Of a stretch of DNA of 64,000 nucleotides, positions 12,864 through 23,835 are shown piece by piece (the first letter of the stretch is position 1; each line of letters starts with the position of its first letter). The position numbers and the translations under genes were made by a program. Under the pieces are notes generated by a model. That model made no database searches. It worked only from the letters and a program-made list of their open reading frames with translations, and had not been told where the DNA came from. Source of the DNA: Macrostomum lignano (lineage: Eukaryota); contig NIVC01000713.1 of NCBI GenBank assembly GCA_002269645.1, forward strand, positions 248,001 through 312,000, read 5' to 3'.

Positions 12864-13310
12864 CTCCTACTCAGCACTGCCGGCTCGCAACTAAATCAGT
12901 GCCATCAAGACTTCTGTTCAGCGCTGCCAACTCGTAATCAGCACCACCGAGACTCCTACTCAGCACTGCCGGCTCGCAACTAAGTCAGCACCACCGAGAC
13001 TCCTACTCAGCACTGCCGGCTCGCAACTAAGTCAGCACCACCGAGACTCCTGCTCAGCACTGACGGCTCGCAACTAAATCAGTGCCATCAAGCCTTCTGC
13101 TCAGCCCTGCCAGCTCGCAACCAAGCGTCAGCAAGATTCTGCTCAGCTCTGCCGGCTCGTGACTGAGTGCCGGCCTGCCACGTTTCTGCCTGACGGTCCG
13201 CAAGGCTGCGAGAGCCTGTGCCACGCCTGAGGTTCGGTCCGCAAGGCTACGAGAGCCTGTGCCACGCCTGAGGTTCGGTCCGCAAGGCTGCGAGAGCCTG
13301 TGCCACGTCA
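12857..13310 (+). repeat. Tandem repeats in the Gypsy 5' leader (~48-bp caccgagactcctactcagcactgccggctcgcaactaa and ~39-bp gagagcctgtgccacg units)
   Basis: Direct reiteration visible. Confidence 0.8.
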
Positions 13311-13697
13311 GGCCCAGGGGTCCTGACTGCTCGGCTGGTCTTCGCTCGTCGCCGCGAGTCGTCGCTGGTCGTCGCCCTGAGCAACGCGCGCTGTCAACTG
13401 CGTTGAGCTCGAGCTTACGCTCTGCCAAGATAGCTCCGCTGCGTGTGCCAAGCCACGCCAGGTTACGCTGTGCGCTGATTGTTTGTAGGGACTATTGCCT
13501 GACAGTTAGTCTGGGTGGTTTGCATGATAGGACTCTCCCCTATTATAGGCTTTTTGTGGTTTGCCCCTGTCAGGCACGTATTTTGTTAGTAGGACGCAAT
13601 CTCTCTCGTCTCTCTCGCGTCATCAACCTCAATTCGTTTTCTCTGGAGCCTTATTTTCGTTCACGCTTGATTCATTTGTCTCACTCAATCTTGCACA

Positions 13698-16600
13698 ATG
13701 TCCGACAACGGGGACAACCATGCCGCAGCGTCATTGGCTGACGGAGATGCCGTCGTGCCAGATCAGGACGCAGTCGATGCCGGCGAGCAGCCAGCAGGCG
13801 CAGCTGCTGCCGCCGCGCCAGCTCCTAGTGAGCAACTCTTGTTGACTCAAACCTTAGCCTCTCTCCACCGGATGCTCGACGAGCGTCTCGCCGTTTCCTC
13901 GCCGTCAGCGCCCAATTCCTCGCCGCCTGCGAAGCCAGACATACGCCTTCGCCCTCCAATCGCTTATCAGCCGAAGATGAACTTTGATACGTGGGAAGCT
14001 CAGCTTACTTCGTATCTAGCCACTTGCCGCGTTCCTGAGGACCAGAAGTCCGCCATTCTCGTATCTTTGCTGTCAGCCGAATGCCAAGAGGTATATCTTA
14101 ATTACCGGTGTGACCAGTTGCCTTTCGAATCTGCGCTTCGGCTGCTCAGGGAAAGGTACACCGATGCCAAGAAGAAGGACAAGGCCTACGTGGAATTAGT
14201 TGCTGCCGCCCAATCTCATAATGAGCAGATGTCTGATTTCTTCGACAGACTGGTCTCCTATTCTAGACTAGCGGGTCTCTCGCTCGCTGAAGCGAAGCCC
14301 CTACTCAAGGCCAGATTCTGCCATGGGCTGAGGGATAAGGACCTCGCCGAAAAGCTCCTCTTATGGGATCAGGAAACCGACAGTGCCACCTCTGCAGAAG
14401 AGCTGATGCAGAAGGCCAAAGATCTTGTCGGGGTCCGCCAGCTTCTGAACGTGCCTTCTACTATAGCCAAGGTTCGTGCCATAGAACCTGACGCTGAGAA
14501 GAAAGCGTTAGAACAGAGGGTCGCCGAGCTTGAGAAGATGGTGACCGACCAAGCCAATAGATTAAGCCAGACCATTCCGCCTGTCACTACCAATCAGGGG
14601 CCCGCTCGCACAGAGCCCACTGGGGGCCCACCACAAGTTAGCCAAACCTATAGACAACCTAGACCAGCTCCTCGCCGTCCGCGGGCTTGCCATCGATGCG
14701 GCCAGACCGATCACCTGATCGCTGACTGTCCATCGCCCTCGCCGAGACCACAGTCGCCAAAGCAGCCCCGGGGGAGCCAAAATCAGCAGCCCAGCCGTGG
14801 AAAAGTCACGACTGAACTAGGAACCATTGCCACATGGTCTCAGAATTACGGGTTCATCCAATCTGAGCACCTGCCAGAGAAATTGTTCGTTCACATTAGC
14901 CAACTGTCTCCCAGCCTGCGTAGCCTAGTCGAGCAGCACCGCCTTAGGGGGACTAGGGTGAAATTCCAGCGCCAGGTCGACCCCGGGCGCCAGCACGACA
15001 AGGCCTGTAATGTGCAACCTCAGCCAGGGGACAGTGATCCACAATGCCGACAAGGGGGGTACACAGCTGACACCTTTGAGTCTAGCTATTTCGTGCAGCT
15101 AGGAGTAGGAGACTCTAAGGTTCTGGCCTGTCTAGACTCAGGCGCCAATGCCAGCATCATGGGTGCTGACGTGAAAGCCAAACTGGTCGCAGCTGACCCC
15201 GTCAATAACATATTCACGCCTAGTGCCAATAAGCAGCGTGCCACCGCCTTCGGCGGCTCTCAGGTAGACATCCTAGGGTCGCTACGCTGCGAAATCAACT
15301 TAGGTAATACGACTAAACAACATGTATTCCTAGTCACTGCTTACTGTACCACGGAAGCCCTGTTAGGCATGGATTTCCTGCGCAGCTTCGAGATGCTGCT
15401 AGACTTCAACTCTGGCCGAGCTTTAGTAGCAGGGGTGTCGGTGCCAGTCATTGAGGGGGACAAGGGAATTTTCCAACTCCGACGAGTGATGGCCGCCGGC
15501 ACCGTAGAATTGCCCCCGCACTCGGAAACCTTGATCCCCAGTCGTGTCCTCGACTCTTCGCCGTACACCTCCGGTATAGTCATGTCCCGGATCCTCGGAC
15601 CAGAGACCGAACAGTTGGTAGCTAAGACTCTAGACTCAGTTAGTGATACTAACCACATACTAGTGCGCGTGCTCAACAGTGGGGAGCAGCCTATTCAGAT
15701 AACTAGGGGGCAAGAAATTGCCTCATTCCAGGAATTAGATAGTCATGAGGTCATAGCTCAGACGACCCTGAAGGAGTCTGACTTTAGCCTGGACAATGTA
15801 GCTAACCTCACCAGCCAACTCAGTAAGCTGCCGCCGCCTAGTAGGGAGTTAGCCAAATGGCTGACAACGCAGTTCCAACTAGACCAAGCCAAATTGTCTA
15901 GGGGCCAACTCGCCACCGTTTTGAAACTGCTCAACTACTTCAATAGCCAGATTTCTAGATCAAACGCAGATTTAGGCCATACCACATTACACGAGATGGG
16001 CATAGAATTAATAGATCCCAAGGCCAAGCCTGTTGCACAACCATACAGGCGCACTACGCCAGCCCAAAAGGAATTCCTAGATCAGAACATAGCGCAGATG
16101 CTCGAGCAAGGGGTCATCGAGGAATGTGACTCCGATTGGGTGTCCCCTATCGTTCTAGTCAAGAAGAAGGACGGCACTCAACGCCTTTGCATAGACTATA
16201 GGGCCGTCAATAAGCTCATCAAGCCGTGTAGCTTCCCTCTGCCACTCATAGAAGAATCTTTTGACAGCCTTGCTGGGGCCACTGTATTCTCTAGCCTAGA
16301 CCTGACCTCTGCGTACTGGCAGGTAGGGATTAAAGAGGAGGCTAGGGACTACACTGCTTTTGCCTGCCCCCAGGGCACTTTCCGCTGGAAGGTAGTACCA
16401 TTTGGGATCAAGACAGCGCCTGCCAATTTCGCGAAACTAATGCACAAAGTGTTTAGGCCTCTCCTGATGAAGGTCAGCCTCATCTATCTAGATGACATCA
16501 TCATTAAGGCTGTCAACAATGACCAAATGATCGCGCATCTCGCGCTGGTCCTCTGGCAGCTTAGAAAAGCCGGTCTCAAAATCAAGCCGTCTAAGTGTGA

Positions 16601-17474
16601 GCTGTTTAAGGACAAGGTTGCCTTCCTGGGGTTCGTTGTGTCTAGCCGGGGCATTGAGGCTGACCCAGCGAAAACCCAGGCTGTCCAAGAGTGGCCTAAA
16701 CCGCTTTCTAAGAAACAGCTCTTATCCTTCTTAGGATTCGCGAATTACTACCGGAAATTTGTGCCGCGATTCTCAATCATCGCCACGCCTTTGTATGCCT
16801 TAGCCAAAAAGGATGCTCCGTTTCTATGGCAACCGCATCACGAACGGGCTTTCCAAGAACTCAAACATAGTCTCTGTTCACCACCGATTCTGGCGTATCC
16901 AGACCTCTCTGCCAAGGGGCGCGAATTTATTTTGGACTGCGATAGCTCGCTTGACGGCACCGGGGGTGTGCTGTACCAGCTCGGGCCAGATGGCCAAGAG
17001 CAAGTCATAGCTTACGCATCCAAGAAATTCAACAGTAGCCAGAGAAACTACTGCGCCACCATGAGAGAGTTGTTAGGGCTCGTTCTGATGCTCGAGCACT
17101 TCCGTCCTTACCTATTAGACAAGCCTTTCACTGTCCGGGTGGACGCGGCCGCGCTCAAATGGCTGCATTCTAAGAAGCATGCCACTGGTATGCTGGCCCA
17201 ATGGCTTGCCACCATTGAACTGTACCCGCTGAAGGTTCAGCAGTCCACTCTAGAACGAATAGCCGAATACGATTTCACAGTCCAGTACCGTCCAGGCGTT
17301 GACCACGTGCCTGCTGACGCTCTTAGCAGACTGCCAAAATTCAGAGCCGATCACTTTGACTGCCCGACGTGCAGCCAGATTCCAGAATTTAAAGGGAAAT
17401 TCCTGGACCAAGACCCAAAGCACCGGCGTACGCCCCCTCTAGAGAACTGCGTCAGGTGTGCGTCCAGACCATAG
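13698..17474 (+). CDS. Gypsy Gag-Pol: capsid, CCHC knuckle, cold-shock domain, aspartic protease, RT, RNase H
   Basis: CHRCGQTDHLIADC; NYGFI..LFVHIS; LDSGA; YLDD; LDCDSS..RELLG..DALSR. Confidence 0.95.
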   Translation: MSDNGDNHAAASLADGDAVVPDQDAVDAGEQPAGAAAAAAPAPSEQLLLTQTLASLHRMLDERLAVSSPSAPNSSPPAKPDIRLRPPIAYQPKMNFDTWEAQLTSYLATCRVPEDQKSAILVSLLSAECQEVYLNYRCDQLPFESALRLLRERYTDAKKKDKAYVELVAAAQSHNEQMSDFFDRLVSYSRLAGLSLAEAKPLLKARFCHGLRDKDLAEKLLLWDQETDSATSAEELMQKAKDLVGVRQLLNVPSTIAKVRAIEPDAEKKALEQRVAELEKMVTDQANRLSQTIPPVTTNQGPARTEPTGGPPQVSQTYRQPRPAPRRPRACHRCGQTDHLIADCPSPSPRPQSPKQPRGSQNQQPSRGKVTTELGTIATWSQNYGFIQSEHLPEKLFVHISQLSPSLRSLVEQHRLRGTRVKFQRQVDPGRQHDKACNVQPQPGDSDPQCRQGGYTADTFESSYFVQLGVGDSKVLACLDSGANASIMGADVKAKLVAADPVNNIFTPSANKQRATAFGGSQVDILGSLRCEINLGNTTKQHVFLVTAYCTTEALLGMDFLRSFEMLLDFNSGRALVAGVSVPVIEGDKGIFQLRRVMAAGTVELPPHSETLIPSRVLDSSPYTSGIVMSRILGPETEQLVAKTLDSVSDTNHILVRVLNSGEQPIQITRGQEIASFQELDSHEVIAQTTLKESDFSLDNVANLTSQLSKLPPPSRELAKWLTTQFQLDQAKLSRGQLATVLKLLNYFNSQISRSNADLGHTTLHEMGIELIDPKAKPVAQPYRRTTPAQKEFLDQNIAQMLEQGVIEECDSDWVSPIVLVKKKDGTQRLCIDYRAVNKLIKPCSFPLPLIEESFDSLAGATVFSSLDLTSAYWQVGIKEEARDYTAFACPQGTFRWKVVPFGIKTAPANFAKLMHKVFRPLLMKVSLIYLDDIIIKAVNNDQMIAHLALVLWQLRKAGLKIKPSKCELFKDKVAFLGFVVSSRGIEADPAKTQAVQEWPKPLSKKQLLSFLGFANYYRKFVPRFSIIATPLYALAKKDAPFLWQPHHERAFQELKHSLCSPPILAYPDLSAKGREFILDCDSSLDGTGGVLYQLGPDGQEQVIAYASKKFNSSQRNYCATMRELLGLVLMLEHFRPYLLDKPFTVRVDAAALKWLHSKKHATGMLAQWLATIELYPLKVQQSTLERIAEYDFTVQYRPGVDHVPADALSRLPKFRADHFDCPTCSQIPEFKGKFLDQDPKHRRTPPLENCVRCASRP

Positions 17475-18275
17475 GCATTAGCGTAGCGTGTCAGACTGAC
17501 ACAGATGCCCCGGCTGAACCAACGCCGAATGTCCGCGCTACTGCTAGCGGTGCTGTCCCTAGCCCAGAGACTGAATCCCGTCAGCCTGAAACCGAATCCC
17601 AAGTGCCACCTGAGCTCATCTGGGCCCAGAATGCCCAGGACTCCTGTGTTGACATGGCGCGCCTGATCGCCAGTGTCCAGTGTAAGACTGAGCCATTGTC
17701 CAAGGCCGAACTGCGGGATTGTAGCCGGGAAATGCGCTCACTCTGGGCTCAATTCAATGACCTTGAAGTAGTCGAGGGTCTATTGTACTTAGCTAAGTCT
17801 TCCAAAGCCAAGACTGCCAACAGACGCCTGGTGGTGCCTGAGACCGCAGACGTCAGTCATCTGGTCCTTCAGTATCATGGCCAGTTGAACCATTGCGGTA
17901 TCACCAAGACAATGGCCGCCCTGAAGGCGCGCTTCGTTATTTCCGACTTAGATACTATAGTCAAGGGGGTCCTGGCCGAATGCACCGTTTGCGCTAAGAC
18001 TAAGAAGTCAAAGCGTAAGCTCAAGGCCCCTATGCTACCAGAACTGTCCGGCTACCCGAACCAGGTTGTCCACGTGGACCACGCAGGCCCATTCGAAGAG
18101 TGTGAGGGATACAAGTACCTGCTGGTTATGATTGACCGGTTCACCGGGTTTGTCGAAGTAGTCCCTGTTCCCGACGTCAGCGCAGAGACCACTGCCACAA
18201 CCATCCTGACTGAATGGGTTGCCAGGTATGGGGTGATGGAGCAGTTGGTGTCTGATAACGGAACGGCCTTCATCA
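17456..18275 (+). pseudogene. Gypsy integrase (HHCC plus first two Asp of DDE), shifted frame, truncated
   Basis: YHGQLNHCG...CTVC, VHVDHAG, IDRFTG, VSDNG; stops before the catalytic Glu. Confidence 0.9.
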
Positions 18276-18668
18276 ATAGTAAAGGGCAAAAAAGCGTCCA
18301 CTGGAGAAACTGGATCATTCCCCAGCGACGGTCTCAAGCGATGCATTCAGGCTCGGCTACTTCGAGACTTCAATGGGTTGCCAGGTGGCACAAAGGTGTT
18401 AATTACCGAGCTGATCTCGGAACCGCCTGGCTGCTCTTTCTACTGCGCCGGGAGCACTTATTCCTTGCCTATTGATAAGTTTGATTTCGGTGAAGCCGAT
18501 GACCTGGCAATTGCGATGCATAATTATTCCGCTTTCGGCGTCGAAATCAAAGCCGGACAAATTGTCTGGACTTTGCGCAGGCCGACTCAGCATCGAAGAA
18601 AGTGGCTGGCATATTTAAACGGCAAAGCAGACTACTTTCCAGAGGAATATGCTCTGTCTTTGAATGAG
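18276..18668 (+). pseudogene. 5'-truncated twin-SH3 exon, copy 2
   Basis: KGKKASTGETGSFPSDGLKRCIQARL...KWLAYLNGKADYFPEEYALSLNE aligns with copy 3 GRNVSTGQTGIFPGDCLMRCIRANL...WWLGEYNGRAAYV..MPLDE; same phase-0 donor gag|gt. Confidence 0.85.
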
Positions 18669-18843
18669 GTAAGAGCCAGGTAGTCTGATCGTTGGATTTG
18701 AGTCAAATCATTTGAGACTTTAGAGCCTTAAAGTTTAATCGAGAATAACAAAATCGATGAATTTGACACTTGCCTCTTCCTAAAAATAAAGGCAAACACT
18801 GCGTTGATAAAACTTCAACTATATAAAAAAACACATTTTGCAG

Positions 18844-19329
18844 GCCATGAATCAGCTAGTTAAATTTGCCAAGGAAGGAGACTTTGACAGTGTCCGTAAG
18901 CTGGCAAATCCGGCACTAATGAAGATGCACGGCTTGCAAGGTCGCACCGTCCTGTTGATGCTAGCAGACGCTGATACTTACGCGAACAGCAAAATGCGCT
19001 GACTACATGATCCACTTAGGCTGCAATCCTTCCGCTACGGATTCTAAGGGGGACACAGCTGCACACCTGGCGGCGGGATGCAATAATCTGCAACTCCTCG
19101 CTTTGCTACCTTTTGAATCGAAGTGGCTGCAGAATGATCAGGGCCTGACGCCGCTCATGGTGGCGGTGGAAGCCGGCAAATGGAGGTGCATTAAACACCT
19201 ATTGCATCTCTTTCGGCAGAATAAATATCATCAATTCAAGACGGAATATCTGAAAGAGATGAAGTCCTGTCAAGATCTATCAGTTTTAGACATCGCGAAG
19301 CAGGCTGAAACTGCGGAAATGATCGAATT
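18844..19329 (+). pseudogene. Ankyrin exon (ANK-C), copy 2, one frameshift
   Basis: GRTVLLML, GDTAAHLAA, GLTPLMVAV; paralogous to 41135-41637; phase-0 acceptor, phase-2 donor tt|gtaggt. Confidence 0.85.
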
Positions 19330-20218
19330 GTAGGTTGGACCGGCTTATTGACATTTGCAACAGTTTGTTAGTTTGGATTAGACCATAATTATTACAAACT
19401 ATAATATCATGTAAAAATCTAAGAAGCATCAAAAATCAGAAGTGTTATATAAAGAATCATAGAAGCCTCATGTAAAAAATCATAGAAGTGTCATGTAAGC
19501 AATAATAGAAGCTGCATGTAAACCATCATAGAAATATCATGTAAAAAATCATATAAGCGTCATTAAAAAATCATAGTAGCGTAATGGAATAATAAAAAAG
19601 TGTCATTTCAAAAATAAAAGAAGCATCACATAAAACTGTGCTGTGACTCTTAAGGAGAATTACTATGAGTTCAAGGCTCACAGAGAATAACAGCTGTAAA
19701 GGATTATGGGGGGATTTCTGAGATGTCAAAGCAAAAGCCGGAAGCTACATATAGTTAACTGAAATTTTTTATTACATTCTTTGTTGGCTCGTCACAGGGG
19801 TGCTGATAGAAGAAGTGTCATATAAAAAAGAGGGGAATAGCTAATATGTCAAGACTTACAAGGGATTGCTGAGGTTATTGCAAAGAGAAGCTATTGTTTA
19901 AACATGTAGTTTATTCAAAAGTAGAATAAAGCCTTGACAAAAAAAGTGTCATGTAAAAAAATGTCCCATGAAACTGTAAAGAAATTGTGACTCTGGAGGA
20001 GAATTACTATTGATGTCAAAGCTTATAGGGGAAGATGTCAAGGCTTATGGGGGAATAACTGAGATGTTAAGGCTAAAGTTAGAAGCTACATGTAGTTTCT
20101 TCAAAACTTATTATATTATTTGTTGGCTCTTTGTTGGGATGTCACTGATAGAAAAAGCATCATGTAAAAAAAGAAGTATCATGCTGAAGTTAAGAGATTC
20201 ATTTGGGAATCCCCATGA

Positions 20219-20514
20219 CATACATGCGCAACAGTTGGCCAAGTCGGCCGATCCGGCCGACCAATTTGACGGCTAACCAAGGAAGTTGCAAAAATGCCCA
20301 CCCAAAAAAACCAAAGTAGTAGTACTAAGTAGCTGACGAGGCATTTTGACTTAATAAGACAGTCATAGTTACTCCTGCCGTTTACCCAAAGTTGCGTTAA
20401 TTTTGCGTTAGCATTTTTTTACATGTAAGTCGCATTTTTGGCCAAAAACTACGTCGCATTTTTGTTAAAACTAAGTCGCATGGCCGACCGAATTTTGGAG
20501 GTTGCGCATGTATG
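20219..20514. mobile_element. ~296-bp MITE-like element
   Basis: Perfect 14-bp terminal inverted repeats CATACATGCGCAAC / GTTGCGCATGTATG; GC-richer than flanks; no clear TSD. Confidence 0.6.
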
Positions 20515-20600
20515 CCCTATATGTCAAGACTTGCAGGGAATTGCAATAATACTATAGTGCTATAATAACTCTTGGGGAGAATTATTGAAATGTCAATGCT

Positions 20601-20640
20601 TTAGGGTTAGGGTTAAGGTTAGAGTAGGGTTAGGGTTAGG
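20601..20640 (+). repeat. Short interstitial TTAGGG-like tract
   Basis: agggttagggttaaggttagagtagggttagggttagg. Confidence 0.7.
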
Positions 20641-22378
20641 TTGACAGATTTTTTAAGATTTCAAGGCTTATGGGAGGTATCACTAAGATGTCAACAGGGA
20701 AAGTTGATATTTTAAGGCTTGTGGGAGGAATTGCTGACATGTCAATGCTTAGAAGGGACTACTAAGATATATTGCAAAGAGATGCTACATGTACTTTATT
20801 AAAAAACTTGTACTGCATTTTTTAGCTCCCAATGGGGCCCTAATTGCTAGTCCCATATACTAAAAATACACCTATTATATATTAACAACAATATGATTAT
20901 ATAGAAGTAATTTTGGCAAAAATGGCCTAACCAATTTTCATGAGACTTTGACTATTCAATCAGAAAATTTTCTAAGATAGTAATGTGTTGTTGCTAGGAA
21001 ATTGCTCAATGCTAAAGGGATTAAATATTTAAAACAAGCTTTATTGCAAGTATCAAGCAGATTCTTAAAGTTAAAACATATTGTTAAAATGCTAGAGAAA
21101 AAAACTAACATATAGAATTTTGATTCTGATTAAGATTGTATCATAGCTGAATTGTGATTCTAGCTTGAATTGTGGCAATGTGAAATGCCAAAATATGTTC
21201 CACATAATGTGGAAACATAACATGAGACTTAATTTAGATTATGCAACCACATTGTTAACTTTAATTGAAACTGATATTCACTGAATAAGAAATTGATTAT
21301 GTCATATAACTGCTTTGTGTGACTTTTACTCTAATAGAGTATGTAATATAATGTAGTAATGAGTAAGTATACCTAGGTGTCTAGGTGTCATGTGTACCTA
21401 GAAGAAGCATCATGTAAAATATCACAAAGTATGATCATGTATTACATAAAATAATTGTCATAAAATATAAAAGAAGCATCATATACAAAATAAACAAAAT
21501 TTCATATAAAACAAAAAAGCATTTGTGTTACTAGGTTTCTCTTTTGTGATAAGGATAGTATAGTATCTTGACTTTCAAAATTGCATCCTCAAATTAGACA
21601 TTATGCTTGAATGCAATTTTGCATCCTAGTGCCAGTGAAATAACCCTAGGCTATGTAATGTACTAGGGATGGTATGTAATATCCTGACTTTCCAAATCAT
21701 ATCCTGAAGTTTGACCTTTGATACAATTTTGCATCTTAGCACCAGTGAAAAAACCTAGATCATAAAAGTAATAACAAAAGAATCATCATGTTAGACAGAA
21801 GAAACATCATATAAAACATGAAAAAGCTCATATAAAACATCAAAGAAGTTATTATATGAAAATAATAGTTATTTCAGACATGTCAAAGAAGAAATCATGT
21901 AGTCTTTGTAAGAATTTCTATTGCTAAGATGTCAAGGCTTAGTTTGGAATTATTGAGATGTCAAGGCTTATGGGGAGAATTGCTGATCATGAGTAACAAG
22001 GTATATAGGGGGATTTCTTAGATGTCAAGGCTTAGGGGGATAGCTGAGATATTGAGGCTTATAGCAAGTAATTGCTGAGTTATTAAGGCAAAAGTACTTT
22101 TTCGATTTTAAAACTACAATAAACCCCTATATTTTGTATTATAGTTTTTTTAAAGGCTTTTATTTAAAATTTAAACTTTGTTTTTTATCACCCCATTAAA
22201 GTCAGATGAATATTTTTTTATTTTTTTGAAAATGCATTTCTTTCTTCTTTCTAATTAATATTTGCTTTTAATTCTAAGCAATTGGATTGCACAGTTATTC
22301 ATTTGCAAAAAACCCAACATTTTATTAAAATTTGCCATTTGTATTCATATTGGCAAGTCATGGGATCCCTGGGTTTTT

Positions 22379-22745
22379 TTAGAAAGTTTTTTTGAGAAAT
22401 ACAAATTGTAATATATAAAGAGCCTTAAAGTTGAGCTTAAAGCCAGTGAATATAGGTTTACAATACACTTTTAAACACAAAATGTTCCTAGAGCAGTCAA
22501 CTTTCATATCTAAAAAGTTTCTTGTGTCCATGACCATTTTCAAAGGTGAATTTGATATTAAGAGTAGGTTGATTGCTAAAACAAAAGTTTTATGGTCTTT
22601 CTCACTATCAAATACAGCAAGCATGTCATCAACATAGCATTTGTAAAACTTTGGTGTACAAGACAGTTTCAGCATTTACAGACTCCTGGTAAGTCATACA
22701 GAGATCAGCTAATGTGGGAGCTAAGGGGTTACCTTTACCTTTATG
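22379..22745 (-). mobile_element. Penelope-like reverse-transcriptase fragment
   Basis: GNPLAPTLADLCM...PKFYKCYVDDMLAVF...FLDMKV...VYCKPIFTGFKLNF, matching PLE RT motifs (YVDD, FLDV, VYRKPT). Confidence 0.8.
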
Positions 22746-23281
22746 CTATGTGTATATGATTTTCATTTTTATGTGTATCAAAAAATATATTTACATATAT
22801 AAGATACATATGCAGTTTTTATACCTAGGAGATATTTGCTTTTTAATAGCAATATATAGTTCTTTGTAATTTTATTAACATATTATAGCCAAAAATATTT
22901 AAATTTGCTACACAAAAATTTTTAATTAATATTAACTTTGGTAAAGTTGGTTTTTTACTATGTAAATAGTAGTGATATCTAATATTTTATGATTTAATAA
23001 TCCAACTTACTTTTGTACTTTAAAAAACTTCACATGTTTTATATTATCTGAAATTGCCCATTATTTCTTGATTATTTGAATTACAAGTTATAACAAAAAT
23101 TACCTCCAAAAATTTGCAGCATACTGCGCGCTGCATTGTGCAGCCGCTAGCAGGCACTGCAAAGCCTTAGGTTCTAACTTGATTAATCAGACTTTTGAGT
23201 TCTAAGCAGACTGTCAAAGAAGTGTAGAGCTCAAAGAAGTGTGATTCTACAGTTAGTGAATATTTAGTTATTAGCAACAAA

Positions 23282-23781
23282 ATGGGCTGCTGCTTTTCAA
23301 AGCACGCGGCAGAGCAACCCGGCCGGAGGTACATTGAAGATCCGCAGCAGCTGCAGCAGCAGCAGCAACAGCAGCAACTGGCGCCTGTTGCACAGTGGAA
23401 CAACCACATGGGCCATGCTGATGCGATACCAGGCCACATGCAGCCGCAGAGGCCGGGTAACAAATTCATGGGGCCATATCCGCAGCAGCCCATCGGCCGG
23501 CCCAACCAGCCAATGCCGATGGTTGAGCCGCAGCCTCCGCCACAGCAGCGCATCTTGGTCAGGGCGCTCTACAACTACAATGCCCAGAATCCTGACGATC
23601 TGGACTTTCGCAAAGACGACCTAATGGAGGTTTTAGGCGACACCTCCGAGCCCTGGTGGTACGCCAGGCACCAGCGCAGCTCCAAGGCCGGCTACATACC
23701 GTCTAACTATGTGCTCATTGACGACGGCAAGCCGACTTCGCTCAGATCCTGGTTCGAAATCAGCCGCAGAGATGCTGACAG
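23282..23781 (+). CDS. Orphan first coding exon of a Src-family-like gene: MGCCFSK acylation motif, Gln/Pro region, SH3, start of SH2
   Basis: ALYNYNAQNPDDLDFRKDDLMEVLGDTSEPWWYARHQRSSKAGYIPSNYV then WFEISRRDADR; donor ag|gtttgt (phase 2); no further SH2 or kinase exon seen in the window. Confidence 0.85.
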
Positions 23782-23835
23782 GTTTGTGTGGTCTGCAGTG
23801 CCGCTTGGTTTTGCTTTGGTCACTGGTTGGTATAC

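Larger units (their letters stand above)
11970..18275 (+). mobile_element. Ty3/Gypsy LTR retrotransposon, 3'-truncated within integrase
   Basis: 5' LTR + PBS, then gag-PR-RT-RH-IN order; no 3' LTR; sequence switches to an SH3 exon at ~18276. Confidence 0.95.
19380..22080. repeat. AT-rich degenerate tandem arrays (catgtaaaaaatcatagaag-like and gagatgtcaaggcttatgggggaattgct-like units)
   Basis: Many imperfect copies of two unit types. Confidence 0.6.

Noticed and set aside
17388-17400. TTTAAAGGGAAAT as a programmed -1 frameshift between Gypsy RNase H and integrase
   Set aside because: The overlapping heptamers are not in the X XXY YYZ phase of the pol frame, and RH-IN is normally continuous; a simple indel or read error is more likely.
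20601-20640. Chromosome end or telomere fusion site
   Set aside because: Tract is only ~40 bp, degenerate and in one orientation.
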